Below are positions 54,521-64,000 of a DNA stretch of 64,000 nucleotides, one piece after another. Under the pieces are notes generated by a model that saw only the letters and a program-made list of their open reading frames with translations, did not search any database and was not told the origin of the DNA. Positions within the stretch are counted from its first letter, which is position 1. The number at the start of each line of letters is the position of its first letter. Location: assembly GCF_009914755.1 (NCBI RefSeq), contig NC_060939.1; one strand, 5' to 3'. The position numbers and the translations under genes were made by a program. Source of the DNA: the human T2T-CHM13v2.0 reference genome, Homo sapiens.

Positions 54521-57100
54521 TGGTACTTTAGTCTCATTAACAGGTGCCTTTCAGCTACTTCCTTTTTCTAAAACAAGAAGTATTGAGTCAGCAACTTGGC
54601 CAGGGGGAACTCAAAACAATGTCTATTAATAATGAAGACTTCCTAATGTTGGCAAAATCTGTTTCCCCTTTAGAAGACTGAGAGAGCAAGCTACTAAAAG
54701 TTAGTATCCCTCACGAAGTCAAAGAGATTTAGGAAAAGCTTTCTAGAAGTCTTGATTTAGTTAAAATTTGGGCCACATATTTTGGGACAGAGCCCAGAGT
54801 TCTTTATGTTGGCTGTTGATAGAGGCAGCTTCCATTTCAAGATAAAAACTAACAAATAATTAAAATGTGTTAAATATTTACTGTGTTCTAAGTATTGTGA
54901 TAAGCTCTTGTATGAACTTATTATTTGACCCCAACAACAGCCCTGATAGTGAAGCTGGGAGTGGAGATCTGGTCTTTCTGATTTAAAGGAGATGCTCTTT
55001 GCTGTTACCTTAAACTGTGTTCATCTGAAGTCCCTAATTTAGGATAAACGTGGGTGAGACATGGATGGAGTCTCTATTCTGAAGAACTTGCATTCCACAA
55101 ATTTCTCATTGAGAGAAGCAGAGAAAGAGAATGCCAGTTTCCCAAGATGTCTCAGGAATAGGATTCAGGGTTTGGGATTGAATATCAGACAAACCTACAT
55201 ATTCCCTCCCTCTGCTTACATTGTAAGGTGTTGGCTCATTTCTGAAAGCAAAGGCATTTAAACTATCTCACGGACAACTCACTCTGGCCCAAACCACCAC
55301 ATTCACTTGAAACAAGAAGTGTATGCAGTGGTTCAGGGTGACCCAGCTAAGAGCAGTCCCATTTAAAGCTATTAAGTGTGGTTTCTTTTTCAGTGAGGTC
55401 ATCCTGTTTAATCTCTCTGAATTGAAACAGCCTATAAAGCAGCCTCTCAAAAAGCTTATCTCAATTTGTTTCTGGGTGGACTAGAAGCTTCAACTTTTTA
55501 AGAGTGCCTTCTTAAAGTGAGGAGGAGGAAGAGTTTGGTAGCAAGAGGAAGGACTGGTAAGAAGGACAAAAGCAGTAAAATGTAGTCACATGGAGAAACT
55601 ACTGAAGGGATTGCAAAAGGACACAGAAAGAGGTTGGGAGCACAGACAAGGAGGAAGTTTGAAGACTCCCTGTCCATTTTCTCACCATTCAGTAGATCTG
55701 TTCTTGCTTAGAACCAACTGTAAGAAAGAGAAGATATAGGAAGAATCACATTTCAGAGAATGTGTTTCCATATCCCACCATGGAAAACTGCCCACTGCAG
55801 TTTCAGCTTGTTTATAATGCATCACAGTGATGCCTTCCTGGAAACATGTATAAAATAAAAGGTATATGTCTTATTTAAAATTCTCTATTGACAGGTTTCT
55901 AAAATCAGAAACTTTGGGCGGAATGGGGAGGATGTGAGTAGTAATCTCACTTGAACATGCCCTCCAGGTAAAGTTAGAGGACCAGTGGCTTCTATGCCTT
56001 TGTCTCACCCACACATCTCCAGCAGGAAAAGACAGTCAAAGCCATGTGAGCGTCCTTCAATTCAGACCACCAGATAAAAATAGATCTGTATATTCTGATT
56101 GCTCAAGTGAAAAACAAGTTGCAGAATAATATGAAGAGCATGATATCATTTTATCTATATGTATCTGTCTATCTGCTTTGTTTATTAACAGCAAATTTCC
56201 CAAGGAACTTTGTTTTTTTGATAGTTACATTTAGGGATCAAGATATTTGGGGGTGGGAGAGAGGAGACGAACTTTTTATGTTTATGAACTTTTATACTTT
56301 GGTCACCATAAGAATTCCTTCCTTTAATATTTTTGTATTTTTTAAGTTTCACAGATGAATCTGATCAGCCCAAATTAGGAAACACTGTAGACAACTGGTT
56401 GTTAGTTTCTATCAGTTTAGTAGCCATTAAGTGACTGTTTAAACATTTGTTCATTGACCCTGTGATTCTCTCAGGCTCACTGTTTTCTGTAGCTTCCTTA
56501 GAAGTCTTGCTCCAGAATATACGTGCATTCAAGATGGGACATCCTTGGGGTAGCACCAGTCTACCAGGACCAGCCTTGGAGCTCTGCAGCACAGAAGCTT
56601 CTCAAATTCATTGCACCAACAGGTCCACAGTTCCCCACATTGATTCAGCAGCAGTGTGGCCAGATCCAGGAAGATGATACTGAGAAAACCAATATGGTTT
56701 GCACGGGTGAATTCAATTAGCAAATATCAAAACCATTTGTCTAAAAGCGTCCTGCTTGTTCCCTCTACAGAGATCAATATGCCCTGTTAGCATCCAGGAT
56801 GGAAAATAATATCCAAGAGCAAAACAAATCTGTGTCAGCATTATAATAGTCTCATCTTTTTCATTCACCTAAAAGCAAGAAGAGCCCCAGGCATAATTGT
56901 TAAGTACCTTAAACTTGTGTTCAGGTCTTTCTAATCTCCACTTTCCAAGCCTTTCTCATCCTCTTACTGCCAGGTGTTATGCTGGAAACCGAACTCCGTG
57001 TCTGTGCCCTGGAGTACCCAAAATTGACATTGGAAGGGAGCAGGAATTCTGCAGCACCCTCCCATGACTGCCTACCATGAAGAATGTTTAAAACTATTCA

Positions 57101-57364
<264 letters not shown>

Positions 57365-57562
57365 TCAAAATTGCTGCACCCAGCATCAAAATTATACCTT
57401 CTTCCTCCCTTCCCCATCCAAATGTTTAGTGTCTTAATATTTCAGTCTTATTTAGCTGTAACTAAAGAAGGCAATTCCAAAAAATCACACCAAGGATTAC
57501 ATCAGTAGTTCTCCATCTTGTCCCAAACCAGCATGCCTGGAAGCTAAGACACATGGAATAGT

Positions 57563-57630
57563 GGGGAAAAGGAGGAGAAAAGGGGGAGAAAAGGGGGAGA
57601 AAAGGGGGAGAAAAGGGGGAGAAAAGGGGG
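57563..57630. repeat. 11-bp minisatellite (GGGGGAGAAAA)n
   Basis: Five G5 tracts at 57582, 57593, 57604, 57615 and 57626, plus degenerate upstream copies. Confidence 0.97.
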
Positions 57631-57811
57631 ACTGTTTCAGAATTTTAAGGAGGATGAAGCATGTAGTTTGAAAGAATCCTCAATTTCGATATGTAGTCTT
57701 TGAGTGACCTCTTTGAGAGTCATTTGATTAGCTATCTATTAATTTCATAGTCAATTTTCCAGGGGTATTTGTATGTCAATGGGGCAATTTTTTAAACCAA
57801 AACTGAATCTT

Positions 57812-58118
57812 GGCTGGGCCCAGTGACTCACGCCTGTAATCCCAGCACTTTGGGAGGCCGAGGTGGGTGGATCGCGAGGTCAAGAGATCGAGACCATCCT
57901 GGCCTACATGGTGAAACCCCATTTCTACTAAAAATACAAAAATTAGCTGGGTGTGGTGGCGCGCACCTGTAGTCCCAGCTACTTAGGAGGCTGAGGCAGA
58001 AGAATTGCTTGAACCCAAGAGGTGGAGGTTGCAGTTAGATGAGATCTTGCCACTGCACTCCAGCCTGGGTGACAGAGCGAGACGCAATCTCAAAAAACAA
58101 ACAAACAAACATATAAAC
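57812..58118 (+). mobile_element. Alu (AluSc-like)
   Basis: GAGGTCAAGAGATCGAGACCATCC diagnostic; TSD AACTGAATCT at 57801-57810 and 58119-58128. Confidence 0.95.
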
Positions 58119-61100
58119 AACTGAATCTCTAATTATGTAACTACAGCTACATTGCTGGTCAGGAAGATATTTTGGAAGAAGGGAGCCTAGCTGGGTTTCC
58201 TCCAAATACACCAGTGAGTAACTATCTCACCTAATATTGGGCTTGCTGTTCTGCTCAAAACTTTGTGAAAGATTTGCTAAAAATCCTGTAGAACCTTCCC
58301 AGTAGGTCACTTGAAATTCCACTTATTAGGTTGGTCTTGCCAAAGTAAGGCAAGAGAGGAAAACTATGCATTCCATCACCTCTTTGTTTTTAACACAGTA
58401 TTGACTCTTGAAACCCAGAGGAATGCTAACTTCCATAAGTTTCTCTCCTCAGAATGATATTTTAAGTCTGGAATGCTAAGAACTAACAACCTTCATTCTG
58501 CCCTTGTGGACAGGACATTCGTGGCTAGTTTACCTGACCTAGAATAGCCAGCTCTGTTTTTCTGATGAAAATCTTGGAAACCAATGTGGAAAATATAATG
58601 ACAGTAGCCTCAGAAAACAAGGAAATATCCACCCACAAATACTCTTTAGAGCCCACAATATAGCAAATGCTTTGCCTTCATTTGAATGGTCACTTTACTT
58701 TCTCTAGGATACCTAAAAAATACCAATTTCTTAGCCCCTCTAACTGAAAATGAACTCCACTCTCAATATTGATCTACTCATTATACCCTAACCCAATCTC
58801 CAAATGTTTTTGTTGTCACCAAAACCAGAGTAACATCACTTTTACAAAAGCCAAATACCACCCCTAAAAGTGAACTACAAAGACATTGTCACCAAACAAA
58901 TGTTTTGGTTTAGAACAATTAGACTTGGGGTCAGACTAACCTAAATAATCTTCCACAGAGTGAAAATATAATAGTCTAAAAGGCTAATCACATTTTTTAT
59001 GAAATTCATTGCAGAAAAGCTGAATGTTGATTCCAGGCATTAAAATTACAGTCTAAGATCTAAAAGATGAATCTGACGTCCTTTCACCAAGAAAAGCTAC
59101 CGTCACTTATTAGAAATCGACATGCTGACCAAAGCCTCAGAGTGAAATTCACTTGAAATTCTGGTACCCTTAAAAACTGTAGCCTTGAACTATCTGCTAG
59201 GAAGTTAACAAATATCTTACAGCAGTTTTTGTTTTAACAAGTCTCGTTGGTTGCAATTAACAGGAGCCTACTTGAACCATCTTAGTGAAAACAGGGGTTA
59301 TTAAGGCAATCTCATGGATCCCAAGAGCAGGGAGAACAGGCCTAGAAGGAGCAGGGCGACACAGGAGAAAATTCTCCAGAACTAAGGCAGCAATTCATTT
59401 TCTTTCTCTCTCTCTCTCCCCCGCTTCATTCTGTCTCTCTCTTTCCCTGTGTGTTTCTATCTCTCCCTCCCTGTCCCTCCCTTCTCTGTTTCTGAGGATT
59501 TGCCTCCTTTTAACTCTCAACAGAAGCACTTTCTTGCTTCTCCCAGCCCAAGCTACAAAAGACCACCTCTCAAACAGCACAGTCTGACCAGAAGTTCAGT
59601 GGCAAGCTTCCGAAAGACAATTGGATTGGCCCATCCTGGGTGTGCTCTCTCTCTCTGAGTCAGTTGAGGTACATAGGGTCAGGGTCTTATACGATAAACA
59701 TCAACATCTTGGGCTCCACTCCCAGAGGGGAGGAGGCAAGTCGCCTAGAAAAGAGAGTCCTTTTTGGCTGGGAAAATATTAATTATCCGTCTTCCTGAAA
59801 AAATATTTTTTAAATGTAAAGGTCAACAAATTGACAAATGGAAAAACTATTAGCCTAAACCTTTGGGAATTCTTTCCCTAGTTGTTTTCCACTAACATGA
59901 GAACTTATAAAATATCCTTTAGTGCTCTTTCTTGGGGGAAAAAACAAATATATACATATAAACAATAAAAAGACTCTTTTTTGGTCTGCTAGACTGAGAA
60001 GGTTCAGGAGACTCAGGCTCCACCACTAACTAGCAATGAGTAACTTTACTCCCTTCTCCACTGCTTTGGGGCTTTCCTTGCCCTATGCCAAACTCTAAGG
60101 CCCTTTCCAGCTCTGACGTTCTAATTCTTCGGAGGTTTTAACATCTGCTGTCATGATAACTATGTAGAAAAAAGGCCATCTGACTTGCACAGTGCCTTTT
60201 GGAGAAATATTTATTCAACGCAGAGATCAGCCAGGTCTATGTCTTGTTTGATTTTGTGCTTAGTGCTTTGGAACTCTGGAGATTAGAATTCATGGGGTAA
60301 ATTGCTTGCTGTTGGTAGCTTTATTCACTCTTTTAAACTGTTTGGGTGCCAATTATGGAAGTCTCTAAAGGAATTGGAATATTAAAAGTGAATTAATTTA
60401 CCTTATATTCACCAACAAAATTAACCTCCAGGGCATTCAAACATACTCCTGCTAAATGGGGCATTTTTTTGTGTGTCACTTAAATTCCAATGCGCATTCA
60501 AAATAATCCCCATGATAGTGCCCTAGGCCTTATTAAGTTCTGCTCTGGGAATTCATGCAAGAGTGATAGTGGAAGAGCATTAAACATAGAAAGAGAGCAT
60601 CTTGAAGCCTGCTAACTCATTTCCTCTGATGCAAATCAATAAGCTTTTGACCACCACCACCAACATTATCAAAAAGCAGTTGCTCAGCAGGCCAGCCACA
60701 CCTTCGACATCACATCCTTTCCCATTAGAACTGCTGAGTATGGCTTTTGAACTGGGCTGGATCAATCAGATAGGAAAGAAGATATCTCTATCACAAGTTT
60801 CCGCTCTAAAAGGAAAGTGGGTGCCTATTTTACAAGACTGATAATAAATCAGGGAAGTTTGACATCCACCAGGCCAACCATACTTTCTTTTCTTGAATAT
60901 GTTTTCAATACTTTGAATACATTTTCAATACTTCAATACTTTGCTATTGAAGATACTTACAAAAGTCAATTAGGGATTTCACTACTAGAAATATTATCTT
61001 ACAAATGGCCTCTCACCCAAAGAAATACTATGACTACCAAGAAAAAGCAAGGCTAGTCATATGTTCCATTGTAATGTATACAACTTATTGAGCACACATA

Positions 61101-61215
61101 CCTGTCACATAATAAGTGACCAATAGATGTATGTTTTTCCTTCTTTTCTTCAGTTGAATCAAATGTGCCAAAAAAAAAAAAAAAGAGAGAGGGAGAGAGA
61201 GAAAGAAAGATGCTG

Positions 61216-61513
<298 letters not shown>

Positions 61514-61719
61514 AGAAAGACAGATGCCTGAAAAATTTTAAAAATATGTTCATATGACTTATTTTTTATTCAATTTAATTATAAATTTTCCTCATGATCT
61601 CAAAGTATTTTTCACATTTATTATTGATCCTTTACAATCACTATGTGACACAAACAGAACTAAATAATTTTAAACTTTATCTTTAATAAAAAGTAATTTA
61701 ACCAATGAAAGGACAAGAC

Positions 61720-62019
61720 AGCCAGATGTGGTGGCTCACGCCTGTAATACCAACACTTTGGGAGGCTGAGGCAGGTGGATCACTTGAGGCTTGAGGTCAG
61801 GAGTTCAAGAACAGCCTGGCCAACATGATGAAACCCCATCTCTACTAAAATTACAAAAATTAGCTGGGCATGGTGGTGCACACCTGTAATCCCAGCTACT
61901 TGGGAGGCTGAGGCAGGAGAATCACTTGAAGCCAGGTGTGGGGGGAAGGTGGAGGTTGCAGTGAGCTGAGATCATGCCACTGCACTCCAGCCTGGGTGAC
62001 ACAGCAAGACTCCATCTCA
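61720..62019 (+). mobile_element. Alu (S-type), tail-less
   Basis: Dimeric body with 7-bp CTTGAGG duplication and a G-rich insertion; ends at CCATCTCA without poly-A. Confidence 0.9.
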
Positions 62020-62078
62020 GAATCTCTCACACTGGTTTATTACCCAAGTGATAATCCCTCATTAAGAATCCTATACCA

Positions 62079-62407
62079 GGCTGGGTGCCGTGGCTCACAC
62101 CTGTAATCTCAGTACTTTGGGAGGCTGAGGCGGGCAGATCACAAGGTCAGGAGATCGAGACTATCCTGTCTAACATGGTGAAACCCTGTCTTCACTAAAA
62201 ATACAAAAGAAACAAAAATTAGCCAGGTGTGGTGGCGGGCGCCTGTACTCCCAGCTACTCGGGAGGCTGAGGCGGGAGAATGGTGTGAATCCGGGAGAAT
62301 GGCGTGAACCCGGGAGAATGGCGGAGCTTGCAGTGAGCCAAGATAGTGCCACTGCCCTCCAGCCTGAGTGGCAGAGCGAGACTCCATCTCAAAAAAAAAA
62401 AAAAAAA
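62079..62407 (+). mobile_element. AluY with internal 19-bp tandem duplication
   Basis: AluY diagnostics; TSD AAGAATCCTATACCA at 62064-62078 and 62408-62422. Confidence 0.95.
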
Positions 62408-62423
62408 AAGAATCCTATACCAG

Positions 62424-62913
<490 letters not shown>

Positions 62914-63451
62914 CTAGCTGATCATATCCCAGAATTACTTAACAGAAGAATTCCAATTCTGAAAATCTGGTAAGTTTAAATACAAAAAATGAACAAGATT
63001 CTACCAAAGGTGTGCCATTCATATTGCAATCCCATCTCAGGACTAGGCCCCTCATGACAAACTCTGATGGAGTTTTTCAGCTTGAGCAGAAATAATATAG
63101 AATTTTCATAGCTTCAGATGCAGTAAAGCAATATCTAGAAGACGAAAAACTGTTATAGCTCCTAATTGCATTCAGGGGTCATTTGGAGAACTCAGCAAGT
63201 CTAGAATAATGAGCAGGAGGGTGATTTTTACTCTGTAGTTTATAACAGACTATTATCATTGTTATCTTTTACATTTTTGCCACACACCCATCACATGAAA
63301 TCTGATTCGTAGCAGTAACCAGCATTGTTATCATGTTCCCTGGAGATGCCATTTAACCGCAACCCTACCTAGTGCCAAAGCCTGAGTATGAAAATGAATA
63401 AGCCTTTCAGTAAGAACCTCCCCCTTTCCATTCAGGCCTCCCTACGCTCAC

Positions 63452-63595
63452 TTTCCTTATGCTGCAGTTTACATCAGATATGGACCCAGTATTCTTAAAC
63501 TTTGATGAACTGGTACGCACCAATGAACTTGAACTCGTGACGATGCAGTGGAAGACGAGGAGATTCATACTTTCCTTCAGCCATCCACTAAAACT
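63452..63595 (-). other. Candidate alternative first exon (TATA-like + Inr + 5' splice site)
   Basis: Minus strand: TATAAG at 63624-63619, Inr-like CAGTT with A at 63595 (29 nt downstream), donor AAA|GTGAGC at 63451; several retained CpGs. Confidence 0.4.
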
Positions 63596-63625
63596 GCCCT
63601 CTGGTCTCTTTCCCACTCCTTATAG

Positions 63626-63626
<1 letters not shown>

Positions 63627-63660
<34 letters not shown>
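63627..63660. repeat. (GT)n microsatellite
   Basis: Seen directly. Confidence 0.98.
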
Positions 63661-63661
<1 letters not shown>

Positions 63662-63699
63662 CCTTCATTTTTTTCATTTTTTTCCTTTTAAAATTTTCT

Positions 63700-63920
63700 T
63701 CATTTTTTTTCTTTTTAAAACTTTGATTGAATATTCAGATTCCATTTTCTAAAAAACATATGTGCATGTATCAGGTCATATAAAAGGTCAAATGGTACCA
63801 AAAATCTTATAATAAAGAATAGCAGTCTCCTGTCTCATTTCTGCCCAGAGGCAACCACTTTCTACCCTTTTAACTATTTCTTCTGTTTCTTACCTCATAT
63901 TTCTAGATAATTCTCTTCTA
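63700..63920 (-). mobile_element. Old L1M 3' fragment
   Basis: CCCAGAGGCAACCACT...TTTAACTATTTC motif of a reverse L1ME/MC 3'UTR. Confidence 0.5.
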
Positions 63921-63947
63921 CTGTTATTTCTTTCTCTCTTTCTTTTG

Positions 63948-64000
63948 ATTTATTTATTTATTCATTTATTTATTTATTTATTTTGAGATGGAGTCTCGCT
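63948..64000 (-). mobile_element. Alu 3' end with (TTTA)n tail, cut by the window edge
   Basis: (TTTA)n followed by TGAGATGGAGTCTCGCT. Confidence 0.92.

Noticed and set aside
63459-63752. Plus-strand 97-aa ORF (MLQFTSDMDPV...)
   Set aside because: Runs into (GT)n and T-rich sequence; promoter and splice signals fit the minus strand better.

Overview
This is primate, most likely human, nuclear DNA. It is AT-rich and dense in repeats: about 20 Alus spanning the J, S and Y ages, MaLR/ERVL LTRs, L1/L2/MIR fragments, and hAT, Tigger and piggyBac DNA-transposon relics. I recognise no protein-coding exon, and the six-frame ORFs are explained by Alus, simple repeats or chance. One CpG island (~41.9-42.6 kb) and several well-formed minus-strand splice signals suggest the 5' region of a minus-strand gene or lncRNA with alternative untranslated first exons. 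These are a TATA/Inr-spaced candidate first exon at 63.5 kb, a CpG-island exon at 42.5 kb and an internal exon at 28.8 kb. I cannot name the gene. The most notable items are a near-complete MER85 piggyBac MITE whose palindrome is also a perfect CArG box, an unexplained 94-bp hairpin at 6.3 kb, and two Alus inserted sequentially into the same 15-bp target. There is also a two-LTR ancient MaLR provirus and a Zaphod hAT element with a readable fossil transposase domain. I found no convincing evidence of a new multi-gene biological system. Repeat subfamily names are from recall of consensus sequences and need RepeatMasker/Dfam confirmation.
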